DNA from: Pseudomonadota bacterium
GTDB lineage: Bacteria > Pseudomonadota > Gammaproteobacteria > Tethybacterales > Persebacteraceae
Reading direction: 5' to 3'
NCBI GenBank assembly: GCA_022600535.1
Contig: JAHZKE010000002.1
Span: 1 to 42,131, forward strand
DNA: 42,131 nucleotides
Shown here: piece after piece, positions 29,405 to 38,862 of the stretch
Numbering within the stretch: position 1 is the first letter of the stretch
How the letters are laid out: every line of letters begins with the position of its first letter
Position numbers and translations under genes: made by a program
The notes under the pieces: generated by a model
Told to the model about the DNA's origin: nothing
What the model saw: the letters and a program-made list of their open reading frames with translations, nothing else
Databases searched by the model: none

Positions 29405-30052
29405 TTATTGAATATCAATCACTTCGCTCCCTAACGGCGGCGTGAAAGAAAAAACATCTTCAGCATCGTGGATGTTATATTGAATATCGTTAATGTGCAT
29501 GATAATTTTACCGCCAAAATGATCCACCAATAAAACTTTTTGCAACGTGCCATCGGCAGTGGCAAAGGCGAGTGAGATGCGTTTCAATGGGCTATTTTGA
29601 TCTAAGGCGTTGGCGTTAATCCAGCGTAGGGTATCGTCAATACCGGCAGATAAAACGTAATCTTTTTTAAGTGCGTCCGCTGAGCCCGAAGTCAGTGTTT
29701 CTATTAGCCCGTTTTTTTCGGCACTGGCAAAAGGTTGCGCAGTGGCTTGTTCAATTTCGGCTTCGTAGATCCAAACAATTTCACCATCGGCAACAATCAG
29801 CGGTTGTTCGGGGGAGGCATATTGCAGACGAAATAAATTCGGACGTTGATACGATAACACGCCGGTGGTTTGATAAAGCAGGGCATCTTTACTGTTAAAT
29901 GCCTGTTGTTCAAAAGCAAGCGTAGCGACCGGTTGGGTGAGAAATTGCTCAAACAAAGCAAAGGCATCGTTTTGCTGTGCCGTTGCGGTATTACCCAAAG
30001 TCGCCGAAGCCGCCAATAGAGCGAGTAAGAAAAGTTTTATTGTTCGTCGCAT
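29405..30052 (-). CDS. lolA: Outer-membrane lipoprotein chaperone LolA
   Basis: Signal peptide; FEQ, RPNLFR..Y..PEQ.LIVADG..VWIY, F.FTPP.G.EVI. Confidence 0.9.
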   Translation of the reverse strand: MRRTIKLFLLALLAASATLGNTATAQQNDAFALFEQFLTQPVATLAFEQQAFNSKDALLYQTTGVLSYQRPNLFRLQYASPEQPLIVADGEIVWIYEAEIEQATAQPFASAEKNGLIETLTSGSADALKKDYVLSAGIDDTLRWINANALDQNSPLKRISLAFATADGTLQKVLLVDHFGGKIIMHINDIQYNIHDAEDVFSFTPPLGSEVIDIQ

Positions 30053-30444
30053 TCTTTTTTACGGCAATCGGCGTAGAGCAAAAGCGAATGATGTTCTTCT
30101 AATTGCCGTTGCTTCATAATGCTATTGTTATAGCGCAAGATATTCGGATCTTTAATTTCTTCTACTTTACCGCAGCGGGAGCAAATGAGTTGCGGCATGG
30201 TGTCGTTGCGGCTGCTTTCGTAAAGCGCATTATTTTCGGATAAAATTTTACGTGCCAACCCTGCGCTACACAATGCCGATAAGGTGCGGTAGACCGTAGC
30301 AAAGCCAATTTTTACGGCAGGTAACTGTTGCCATACTTCGCGCGCTGATAATGGAGAATCGTTATTGTGTAAAATTTCCAATACACTCAAACGGTTTGCA
30401 GTTGCTTTTAATCCGCTACTTTCAATGGTAGATTTTTTATTCAT
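30037..30444 (-). CDS. fur: Fur-family transcriptional regulator (atypical)
   Basis: GLKAT.NR, IG.ATVYRTL, LICSRCGKV.E, HSL.LY..C; divergent from bamE as for orthologous fur; HHDH motif absent. Confidence 0.8.
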   Translation of the reverse strand: MNKKSTIESSGLKATANRLSVLEILHNNDSPLSAREVWQQLPAVKIGFATVYRTLSALCSAGLARKILSENNALYESSRNDTMPQLICSRCGKVEEIKDPNILRYNNSIMKQRQLEEHHSLLLYADCRKKECDEQ

Positions 30445-30490
30445 GTTAGAATCTCGACATGTTTTATTATACAGCAACATTACCGAGCTT

Positions 30491-30847
30491 ATGAATCGAC
30501 TAATCCCCCTCTCTTCCTTGCGTTTTTTATTGTTGGCGTTGGCACTGTTGGCAAGCAGTTGCGCCTATAAAGTAGAGATTAAACAAGGCGATGAAACCTT
30601 ATTAGAAGGTATAGAACAACTGCAAATCGGCATGACGCAAGATGAAGTTGTGCAACTGTTAGGGCCCGTACAAACCCCGCGTTTGTTTAAACAAAATATC
30701 TGGATTTACGCCTATCAGTTGCGTTCGGCGGGGTTTACTAGTAAGCCGCAGTTGCGTTCGGTAGAACTTGTGTTTGATGCCAACGGCACCTTGCAGGTGA
30801 TTCGTGAGTTACACAACGATTATGCCGAAACCGACGATGCCAATTAA
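30491..30847 (+). CDS. bamE: Outer membrane protein assembly factor BamE
   Basis: Lipobox LASSC, YKVEIKQG, L.IGMT..EV..LLG, W.Y.Y. Confidence 0.92.
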   Translation: MNRLIPLSSLRFLLLALALLASSCAYKVEIKQGDETLLEGIEQLQIGMTQDEVVQLLGPVQTPRLFKQNIWIYAYQLRSAGFTSKPQLRSVELVFDANGTLQVIRELHNDYAETDDAN

Positions 30848-31646
30848 AATAGCCATCGCCGGTGCCAGCGGCAGAATGGGGGCAGAACTCATCAAAGCCG
30901 TTGCCGCCGACCCGGCTTTTACTTTAACGCTCGCCTTTGAACAAGCAGGACACGCCAGCATTGACACAACGGCAGCAGATGGAAAAACATTGATACAAGC
31001 CGAACCGATGTTGGGCGAAGTCGCTACTGATGTATTAATTGATTTTACCGCCCCCGTTGCGACCTTGCAATTTGCACAAATTTGCCGCGCACAAAAAACT
31101 GCAATGGTGATTGGCAGCACGGGTTTTGATGAGCAACAACTGCAACAACTAAAGCAAGCGGGAGAAGACATCCCCATACTCTTCGCCCAAAATATGAGTA
31201 TTGGCGTGAATGCACTGTATCGCATTGCCGCCTACGCCGCCCAGATATTAAAAGCGGGGCGTTTAGGTGGCGGTTACGATATTGAAATTTCCGAAGAACA
31301 TCACCGCCACAAAAAAGATGCCCCTTCGGGCACGGCATTGCGTTTAGGGCAGGAAGTTGCCCAAGCCAGCGGCAGCAATTTTGACGAAGATGCCGTATTT
31401 GCCCGCCACGGCGCCGATGCCTTGCGCGGCGAACACGATATTGGTTTTTCGGTGGTGCGCGGCGGCGATATTGTCGGCACCCATCGCGTGCAATTTTCCG
31501 GCAGCGGTGAGCAAATAGAAATTACCCATCGTTCTGCCAGCCGCGCAAACTATGTTGCCGGAGCGTTGCGGGCGGCAAAATTTGTCGCGCATGCCACGCC
31601 GCAATTTTATAACGGCATTGATGCAATTTTAGCAAGCGAAGCATGA
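30837..31646 (+). CDS. dapB: 4-hydroxy-tetrahydrodipicolinate reductase
   Basis: GASGRMG, IDFT.P, NMSIGVN, EEHHRHKKDAPSGTA, RGGDIVG.H. Confidence 0.97.
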   Translation: MPIKIAIAGASGRMGAELIKAVAADPAFTLTLAFEQAGHASIDTTAADGKTLIQAEPMLGEVATDVLIDFTAPVATLQFAQICRAQKTAMVIGSTGFDEQQLQQLKQAGEDIPILFAQNMSIGVNALYRIAAYAAQILKAGRLGGGYDIEISEEHHRHKKDAPSGTALRLGQEVAQASGSNFDEDAVFARHGADALRGEHDIGFSVVRGGDIVGTHRVQFSGSGEQIEITHRSASRANYVAGALRAAKFVAHATPQFYNGIDAILASEA

Positions 31647-31764
31647 GCGCTCGCGCCCGCGCCTTCCCGATTAATTTCTATTTTTACCGCATTCGCTAAA
31701 TTCACTAACAGACCACGATAAAAACGGGTAAAATATCTATTCTCATTCCTATTAATAAAGAACA

Positions 31765-33150
31765 ATGACTGAACAACAACAAGAACATACTCCCGCTACT
31801 GCCCCTGTTGCCCCTGCTCCCGCTGCCGAGGCGCCGCCGAAAAACCCGCTATTACGTCATGCGGATTTTATTTTTCCGACAGCAGACATTGACCCGAAAA
31901 TAGATACCCGTCTGTTGCAGCAACAAGGGAAAGTATCGCTCCCCGGGTTTCGCCGCGGTAAAGTGCCGGTCTCGGTGATGCGCCAACGCTTTGGCAAAGA
32001 TACCTTGCACGAAATTCTGCAACAAGAATGCGGTGTTAAATTTCAAGAAAAATTGAAAGAAGAAAACGAACGCGCCGCCGCGCAACCTGAGTTACACTTG
32101 CCCGATATTGCAACCGACGGGCAGTATCGCGTCCATTGTCATTACGAGATTATTCCTGAGATTGCCGCCCCCGATTTGTCGGGCAAAGAACTTAAAAATC
32201 CTATTTTTTCGGTTACTGATAATGTTGTTGATGAAATGGTAGAAATTTTACGCAAACAACGCGGCACTTATGCCGTAACAGAGGGTGCGGTAGAAGATAA
32301 CGATTATCGTTTGCGGGTAGATTTTAGCAGTGTGCTGTTAGAAGCAGACGGAGAAAATAAAGGCAATGTTGTTGAAGAAGGCAAAGATAAAGTGATTGTA
32401 TTAGCCGATAAAACCTTGCGCCCCGAACTAAAAGAAACATTGCAGGGCGCGCGTGTTGGCGATAAACGCACTGCCGAATTACCCATGCCGGAAGGCGGCG
32501 ATAACCCGCAAATGCAAGGGCGGGTGATTGCGATGGAACTTACCGTCAATAGCATTGAGAAATTAGAAAAAGCAGAATTGAATGAAGAATTTTTTGGCGC
32601 GTTCGGCGATGAAGAAAAAACATTAGAAGCATTTCGTAAATCGGTGCAGGAACATTTACAACGCGAAAGCAAAATACGCTTGCGTAATTTTTTACATACC
32701 CGCGCAATGAATTTACTGATTGATGCGACTCCCGAATTTGCGCTACCGCAAGCCATGCTCATTAACGAATGCCATCGTTTAATGCACACCGCACAAGCGC
32801 AATGGAAAGAACGCGGTAGCCCTGAGACCGCCGCGCAATTATCATTGCCGATGTTTTATAACGATGCCGAACGGCGCGTGAAGTTAGGGCTTATTTTATC
32901 GGCTTGGCAGCAACGCGAAAAACCTGAAATTGGCAAAGAAGATATAGATGCCCGTCTGCAAGAAATTGTCTCGGCATACGAAGATCCGGCAGCTATGGCA
33001 ACACAGTTGCGCTCCAATCAAAACGAAATGGAAGCGGTGTATTTATCTATATTAGAAGATCGCATTACCGATTGGGTCTTGGCGAATTGCACCAGTAGCG
33101 ACGAAGCAGAAATGACGTTGTCTGATTTTCTAAATGAACAGGCAACATAA
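31765..33150 (+). CDS. tig: Trigger factor
   Basis: PGFRRGKVP ribosome-binding motif; C-terminal AERRVKLGLIL; precedes clpP. Confidence 0.93.
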   Translation: MTEQQQEHTPATAPVAPAPAAEAPPKNPLLRHADFIFPTADIDPKIDTRLLQQQGKVSLPGFRRGKVPVSVMRQRFGKDTLHEILQQECGVKFQEKLKEENERAAAQPELHLPDIATDGQYRVHCHYEIIPEIAAPDLSGKELKNPIFSVTDNVVDEMVEILRKQRGTYAVTEGAVEDNDYRLRVDFSSVLLEADGENKGNVVEEGKDKVIVLADKTLRPELKETLQGARVGDKRTAELPMPEGGDNPQMQGRVIAMELTVNSIEKLEKAELNEEFFGAFGDEEKTLEAFRKSVQEHLQRESKIRLRNFLHTRAMNLLIDATPEFALPQAMLINECHRLMHTAQAQWKERGSPETAAQLSLPMFYNDAERRVKLGLILSAWQQREKPEIGKEDIDARLQEIVSAYEDPAAMATQLRSNQNEMEAVYLSILEDRITDWVLANCTSSDEAEMTLSDFLNEQAT

Positions 33151-33218
33151 TACAGCGAGTCACTGCATTTGCCTGATTTATTCGTGCGCGGTGTGCGCAT
33201 TGAAGGAAGTACAATATT

Positions 33219-33839
33219 ATGAACGAGATTAAAAATTTATCTTATGTGCCAATGGTCATTGAGCAAAGCGGGCGCGGCGAACGCGCTTACGATATTTATT
33301 CGCGCTTACTCAAAGATCGGATTATCTTTTTAGTCGGTGAAATTAACGACCATGTCGCCAATACAATTATCGCCCAAATGTTATTTTTAGACGCAGAAAA
33401 TAGCGAACGCGATATTCACTTATACATTAATTCGGGCGGCGGGATTGTTACTTCCGGGATGGCGATTTTTGATACCATGAGTTATGTTAAAAGCCCCGTC
33501 AGCACCATTTGCATCGGGCAGGCGTGCAGTATGGCAGCCGTTTTATTAGCCGCCGGACAACGCGGCAAGCGCCGTATCCTCCCCAACGCGCGGGTGATGA
33601 TTCATCAACCCTTGGGCGGTTTTTCGGGGCAGGCATCGGACATTGAAATTCATACGCGGGAAATTTTAGCCATGCGCGAAAAACTAAACGATTTGTTAGC
33701 GCGATTGAGCGGTAAAAGTAAAAAACGTATTGCCACCGATACCGAACGCGATCACTTTTTAACTGCTGAAGAAGCAACTGCCTACGGATTAACCGATATG
33801 GTGGTCAACAAACGCGAAGAAAAGGAGAAACGAAAATGA
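33219..33839 (+). CDS. clpP: ATP-dependent Clp protease proteolytic subunit
   Basis: [33 protein letters not shown]. Confidence 0.98.
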   Translation: MNEIKNLSYVPMVIEQSGRGERAYDIYSRLLKDRIIFLVGEINDHVANTIIAQMLFLDAENSERDIHLYINSGGGIVTSGMAIFDTMSYVKSPVSTICIGQACSMAAVLLAAGQRGKRRILPNARVMIHQPLGGFSGQASDIEIHTREILAMREKLNDLLARLSGKSKKRIATDTERDHFLTAEEATAYGLTDMVVNKREEKEKRK

Positions 33840-35107
33840 GTAAAGAAAACGAATGGGAACACTATATATGCTCTTTTTGCGGGAGAACACGCAACGAAGT
33901 GGAGTGTCTGCTCACGGGGGCAAAAGACACCTACATTTGTAACGAATGCGTGAGCGCTTTTGAAGAGAAATTAGTCAAGCATAAAGAAAAGCGCGTTAAT
34001 GTTGGCGACAGTGAAAAAGAACTGCCGACCCCGATGGTAATTTGCAATCACTTAGACGATTATGTCATTGGACAAGACGAAGTGAAAAAAATTCTCTCAG
34101 TCGCCATGTATAACCATTACAAACGGCAACAATACAAAGATTCCAGCGGCGGTGTGGAATTGGCAAAATCCAACGTGTTGATTATCGGACCCACCGGCAG
34201 CGGTAAAACCCTGCTCGCGCAAACCTTAGCGCGTGCCTTAGATGTACCATTAGCCATTGTTGATGCCACGACATTAACCGAAGCCGGTTATGTTGGCGAA
34301 GATGTAGAAAATATCATTCAACGCTTAATGCAACAAAGCGACTACGACATGGATCGCGTTACCCGCGGCATTATCTATATTGATGAAATTGATAAAATCG
34401 CCCGTAAATCCGATAACCCCTCTATCACCCGCGATGTATCGGGAGAAGGCGTGCAACAAGCATTACTGAAATTGATTGAAGGCACGATTGCCTCAGTGCC
34501 GCCGTCTGGCGGGCGCAAACATCCGCATCAGGAATATGTGCAAGTGGATACCACCGAAATTTTATTTATCTGCGGCGGCGCATTTGACGGCTTAGCCAAC
34601 ATTGTGCAGCGGCGTTGTAATAAAACAGTCATCGGTTTTAGTGGCGATGCAGACGCAAAAAGCGAAGACAATACCGCCAGCTTTAATCAAGTATCGCCGG
34701 AAGATTTAGTCAATTATGGGCTCATCCCCGAACTCGTCGGCAGATTACCCGTGGTAGGAGAACTGCACGATTTAGATACCGATGCCTTGATTGATATATT
34801 TTCACGCCCGAAAAATTCACTCGCCAAACAATACACCGAAATGCTTTCTATGGACGGCGTGAAATTAGAATTTACCTTAGACGGCATTCGCGCCATTGTA
34901 GAAAAAGCCAAAAACCGCGGTAGCGGGGCACGCGGCTTGCGCGCAGTCACCGAAGAAACACTAATGGAAACCATGTTTGTCGTCCCCAATATGAAAACGA
35001 CAAATAAAGTCGTGATTGATAAAACGGCGGTCTTACAAAAACGCCCGTTGTTGATGACAAAAAGCGGCGCTAAAAAACGGATGCCCGTCAAACGCCGCGC
35101 GGCGTAA
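33836..35107 (+). CDS. clpX: ATP-dependent Clp protease ATP-binding subunit ClpX
   Basis: CSFCG...ICNECV zinc domain, [25 protein letters not shown] loop, GARGLR. Confidence 0.98.
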   Translation: MSKENEWEHYICSFCGRTRNEVECLLTGAKDTYICNECVSAFEEKLVKHKEKRVNVGDSEKELPTPMVICNHLDDYVIGQDEVKKILSVAMYNHYKRQQYKDSSGGVELAKSNVLIIGPTGSGKTLLAQTLARALDVPLAIVDATTLTEAGYVGEDVENIIQRLMQQSDYDMDRVTRGIIYIDEIDKIARKSDNPSITRDVSGEGVQQALLKLIEGTIASVPPSGGRKHPHQEYVQVDTTEILFICGGAFDGLANIVQRRCNKTVIGFSGDADAKSEDNTASFNQVSPEDLVNYGLIPELVGRLPVVGELHDLDTDALIDIFSRPKNSLAKQYTEMLSMDGVKLEFTLDGIRAIVEKAKNRGSGARGLRAVTEETLMETMFVVPNMKTTNKVVIDKTAVLQKRPLLMTKSGAKKRMPVKRRAA

Positions 35108-35124
35108 AAATTATTGCCTCGTTG

Positions 35125-36078
35125 TTAATCGTTAGTTAACGGTTTATCCGGTTTATCCGCAATTTGACAAAATAATTCAATAAACCGCTGCATACTGGCA
35201 GAAATAAACTTCTCGCGCTGATACGCCAAACGCACCTGCATTGCAGGAAATAACGCCTCCAAGGGGCGCATGACTAAATCCGCATCCTTTTTAGCATCGT
35301 ATGCCATTTCGGCAACCACACCAATACCAAACCCCAAACGCACGTATGTTTTAATCACATCGGCATCGGTTGCCGAAACCATGATTTTGGGAATAATGCC
35401 GGCAGTGGAAAAGGTATTATCAAAAGCAGGGCGTCCGGCAAAACCTTGGGTATAGGTAACAAGCGGATATTTCGCCAGCGCCGTTAGTGTGATTTTACGC
35501 ACCTTGACCAAAGGGTGAGTCGGCGGCAAGAGTAAGCAGCGATTCCAATTAAACGAAGTCATGGTGCGAAAATTGGTATTCGTTTCTAACGCCTCGGTGC
35601 AAATGACAAAATCCAACTGATTGCTATTGAGCATGCGTACTAATTCGACCGGTGCCCCTTGGCGAATACTGATGACAACATCGGGATAATCTTTCCGAAA
35701 CTTCTCCAACACTTGCGGCAAGACATAACGCGCTTGCGTGTGTGTGGTGCCAATCGACAATTCGCCGCTAATCGTGGTTTGGTCAAACGTCTCGCCTAAC
35801 ATCAGTAAATTATCGCATTTAAGCAATATTTCACGCGCCAGTTTGCTCACCTCGCGGCACAAATCGGTTTCGTATTGAAAACGCTTACCATTACGATAAA
35901 ACAGCGATTTGCCGATTGCTTGTTCTAAGGTAGATAATTTTTTACTCATAGACGGCTGCGCAATATTCAGCTGCTGTGCCGCTGCGGTTACATTTAAATC
36001 GTTATCGCAAATGGCAACTAAGGTGCGTAATTGCGATAGCTTAATTCGGGGAGTAGAGGGAGATTTTTTCTTAGCCAT
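35125..36078 (-). CDS. cysB: CysB/Cbl-family LysR regulator
   Basis: LysR HTH; TTHTQARYVLP, YPLVTY, DADVIKTYV.LG.GIG..A.MA. Confidence 0.85.
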   Translation of the reverse strand: MAKKKSPSTPRIKLSQLRTLVAICDNDLNVTAAAQQLNIAQPSMSKKLSTLEQAIGKSLFYRNGKRFQYETDLCREVSKLAREILLKCDNLLMLGETFDQTTISGELSIGTTHTQARYVLPQVLEKFRKDYPDVVISIRQGAPVELVRMLNSNQLDFVICTEALETNTNFRTMTSFNWNRCLLLPPTHPLVKVRKITLTALAKYPLVTYTQGFAGRPAFDNTFSTAGIIPKIMVSATDADVIKTYVRLGFGIGVVAEMAYDAKKDADLVMRPLEALFPAMQVRLAYQREKFISASMQRFIELFCQIADKPDKPLTND

Positions 36079-36192
36079 AATAAAGAAGAGGGGGTGATAT
36101 AAAAATTAAATATAGCACATGAAATGTGCAATATTATATTCCTTTTTTGCATTATTTAAAAAAAACAATAAAAATAATTAAATTCCCCACCC

Positions 36193-36687
36193 GCTCCGCT
36201 CGTAGAGTTAAAGACAAGTTCCAGTGCACTAAACTTAAAACAAGCCGCTCACCGAGCTTAAAATAAGTCGCTCACTGAGCTTGTCGAAGTGCCATAGAGC
36301 GTGCTACATCAACGTTTTAAATTCCCCTCCGTCGTGTGGAAATTACCACCTGATTAATTACAAGGATTTTTAAATTGCTGATTTTCCGTCAATAACGTTG
36401 CATTAGTGCCCAAAGAATAGTGCTTAGACATATCGGCGGAACATTTAGATGCTCCGCTCGTAGAGTTAAAGACAAGTGTTTCCAGTGCACTAAACTTAAA
36501 ATAAATCGCTCACTGAGCTTGTCGAAGTGCCATAGAGCGTGCTCATCAACGTTTTAAATCCCCCTCCGTGTGTGGAATTTAACACCTGATTAATTACAAG
36601 GATTTTTTAAACTCCTGATTTTCCGGCAATAACGCTGCATTAGTCCCCAAAGAGTAGTGCTTAGACATATCGGCGGAATATTTAGAT
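36193..36687 (+). repeat. Diverged tandem duplication (36193-36450 and 36451-36687) of mosaic repeat plus 3' end of the methyltransferase gene
   Basis: Both units begin GCTCCGCTCGTAGAGTTAAAGACAAG and end ...ATTTAGAT; share CGCTCACTGAGCTTGTCGAAGTGCCATAGAGCGTGCT and the TTAAAT...GGAA hairpin. Confidence 0.95.
36358..36453 (-). pseudogene. Duplicated, decayed 3' fragment (~31 codons) of the homocysteine methyltransferase gene
   Basis: Aligns to 36594-36690 with 7 substitutions and a 1-nt deletion. Confidence 0.85.
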
Positions 36688-37646
36688 GCTTCGGGTTGGC
36701 GTCCTAATTCTTCTGCCATTGCGCGCACATGATGCGGGGCACCGCCGCAACAAACACCGATAAAACGAATGTCGTTATCCGCACAATCGCGGGCGAATTT
36801 TGCCATTTCATAGCGCGTGCAAACAAACGGGTCTAACGCCACGGGGAAAGAACGCATATCTGCCGGTAGGCAACATTGCGGATGATGATCTTCTAACGAT
36901 TGCATAGACGGATTGGTTTCATCGGTGCGATAGGGCACAGGCAAACCCGCTACCGGGCAGGATACCGCCTTACGCACTTCTAATAACTGCGGTAGCATTG
37001 TTGCCGGACCACGACAGCAATTCATCCCGACAACCGTTGCGCCGGCATCTGCCAGCTGTTTGCAGGCATCGGCAGGCGACATGCCATCGCGCAATAAACC
37101 CGTGGAATGCGTTACCACATTAACCACTGTTTCTAAACCCGCTTGTTGTGCCGCTTGCAGGGCAAGCAGGGCTTCGCCATACCACGAAAAAGTTTCCAAC
37201 AACATAAAATCAACACCTGCCTCAGCCGCCCACGTCACCTGTTCATCAAACATCTCACGCACTTCGCGGTGCGAATCGGCGTCATCCGGCAGGTAGATAT
37301 TGGTATTGCAGATATTGCCGGCAACCATCACTTTGCCGCTTTTGTCTTCGGCGGCGGCTTCTTTGGCTAAACGCAGAGCTTCTTTTTGTAATGGCTCTAT
37401 TAGGTGTTCTTTACCGATAATACGCATTTTTTCGCGGTGGGCGTAGTAGGTAAAAGCAACCATAACATCGCTACCGGCACGGAGAAAATCTCGGTGCAGT
37501 TGGCTCACCGCATCGGGATAATCTAACACCACCTCGGGCACAAACGCCCCCGCTTGCAAGTAACCGCGGCGTTCTAATTCAAATAAATAACCTTCGGCAC
37601 ACAATACAGTGCCAGCGGTTAATCGGTCTTGTAAAATACCCATCAT
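36594..37646 (-). CDS. Homocysteine S-methyltransferase family protein, BHMT-like
   Basis: AEGYLFELERRGYL.AG.F.PE, LHRDFLRAGSDV, Zn ligands GMNC and GVCCG, P.ALDPF.CTR. Confidence 0.9.
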   Translation of the reverse strand: MMGILQDRLTAGTVLCAEGYLFELERRGYLQAGAFVPEVVLDYPDAVSQLHRDFLRAGSDVMVAFTYYAHREKMRIIGKEHLIEPLQKEALRLAKEAAAEDKSGKVMVAGNICNTNIYLPDDADSHREVREMFDEQVTWAAEAGVDFMLLETFSWYGEALLALQAAQQAGLETVVNVVTHSTGLLRDGMSPADACKQLADAGATVVGMNCCRGPATMLPQLLEVRKAVSCPVAGLPVPYRTDETNPSMQSLEDHHPQCCLPADMRSFPVALDPFVCTRYEMAKFARDCADNDIRFIGVCCGGAPHHVRAMAEELGRQPEASKYSADMSKHYSLGTNAALLPENQEFKKSL

Positions 37647-37707
37647 TGTTCTCCAAACAGGAAGTAATAAAAAAAGAAGTGTAGCATAAATTTACCCTCA
37701 GCAAATA

Positions 37708-37738
37708 AAAAAGCGCCCCGAAAAACGGGGCGCTTTTT
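37708..37738 (-). terminator. Intrinsic terminator after yccA-like gene (potentially bidirectional)
   Basis: AAAAAGCGCCCCG-AAAAA-CGGGGCGCTTTTT. Confidence 0.88.
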
Positions 37739-37757
37739 GTTCCAAAATAAATAATAC

Positions 37758-38450
37758 TTAGTCGCGGGCACCGCCAAACATCATGAGCAAGTGTAACAAG
37801 CTTTGAAACAAGTTGAGCACCATGATGTAGAGTACCATCGTTGCCATGATGTAGTTATCTTCGCCACCGCGGACAATGCGATTGATAGTGAAAAGAATCA
37901 AACCCGAAGAAATGACAATGACAAACGAAGAAACAGCGAGGGCAATCGCACTAGATTGAAAGAAAGAGTTAACAATCACAATCGCAAATAACATCCACAT
38001 CCCCATGCCGAGTGCTTTGCCAAATGAGATAGAAGAAAAATCGCGTTTGGTAACAGTGGCATAGCCCGCTAAACCGAAAAACATAGTAGCAGTGCCACCG
38101 ATTGCTAAACCGACTAATTCGGCACCATTGCTGTAGCTCCCTAAGGCATAACCAACAAGAGGACCGGTAAAATAGCCCATGACCAACGTAAAAAACAGCA
38201 ACCAAGCAATGCCTTTAGCACTATTGCGGTTTTTAATCACCATCGCTTGAATCCCAAACATGGCACCGATAAATACAATGATTGATATCCAACCTAATTT
38301 TTCCATAAGAGGAAATAAAGCCCCAAAATACGCCCCGGCAATAGTGGGGAGCAAGGTAATTGCCAGTAAAGTATAAGTGTTGCGCAGTACGCGGTTGGTC
38401 GTGCCAACATCTAATTGTGCTCTGCCAGCGGCAGGTAAGGTGTAACGCAT
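37758..38450 (-). CDS. yccA: Bax inhibitor-1/YccA family membrane protein
   Basis: NRVLRNTY.LL, 7 TM helices, I..GGEDNYI.AT..LY...LNLFQSLL.L. Confidence 0.92.
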   Translation of the reverse strand: MRYTLPAAGRAQLDVGTTNRVLRNTYTLLAITLLPTIAGAYFGALFPLMEKLGWISIIVFIGAMFGIQAMVIKNRNSAKGIAWLLFFTLVMGYFTGPLVGYALGSYSNGAELVGLAIGGTATMFFGLAGYATVTKRDFSSISFGKALGMGMWMLFAIVIVNSFFQSSAIALAVSSFVIVISSGLILFTINRIVRGGEDNYIMATMVLYIMVLNLFQSLLHLLMMFGGARD

Positions 38451-38540
38451 TTTTTAGTTCTCCAATGTCTTAATCAAGGTATAAGGATATACTCTAATTA
38501 TAATGGTTTGCAGGGTCAGATTCAAATATTTGCACAGTAT

Positions 38541-38557
38541 CAGCCCATATTTGGCAA
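38541..38557 (-). repeat. Dispersed 17-bp motif, copy 3 (TTGCCAAATATGGGCTG on minus strand)
   Basis: 15/17 identical to 10627-10643. Confidence 0.65.
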
Positions 38558-38600
38558 AGAGTGAGCATTTTTCAGCAAATTATAAGCCGCTACCAAAATA

Positions 38601-38746
38601 GCACCCTGCGCGGTAGCAACAGTTAAAAGAAAATTCGCCCACTGAGCTTGTCGAAGTGTCGTTAGTTAAATTAATAAACTTAGAAAAAAGCACAATCTTA
38701 AATTCCACACCGATGGAAGGGTGGTAACAAGGTCATCGGGGTGGTC
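38601..38746 (+). repeat. Mosaic repeat
   Basis: CACTGAGCTTGTCGAAGTG (38640-38658) identical to both copies near 36.3 and 36.5 kb; TTAAATTCCACACCGA (38698-38713) identical to 13446-13461. Confidence 0.8.
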
Positions 38747-38862
38747 TACGGCGAAGGCAAAAAACTGCAATCAAATATTTTTCTTTTTCGTTGCACTCTT
38801 TTGCTACCTTGCGTATTTTAGGCGAGAGTATTTTAAATTTCAATTTTTTTGAAAATAAAAAT

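Noticed and set aside
35107-35125. Absence of lon after clpX
   Set aside because: tig-clpP-clpX-lon order is variable; not informative without the rest of the genome.
36178-36590. CRISPR array
   Set aside because: No regular repeat-spacer period, the 'spacers' are themselves duplicated, and no cas genes are present.
36358-36690. Gene 3' end plus downstream near-copy as a DGR variable/template repeat pair
   Set aside because: Only 3 of 7 substitutions are at adenines of the putative template (sense strand), there is an indel, flanking intergenic DNA is duplicated too, and no reverse transcriptase is present.
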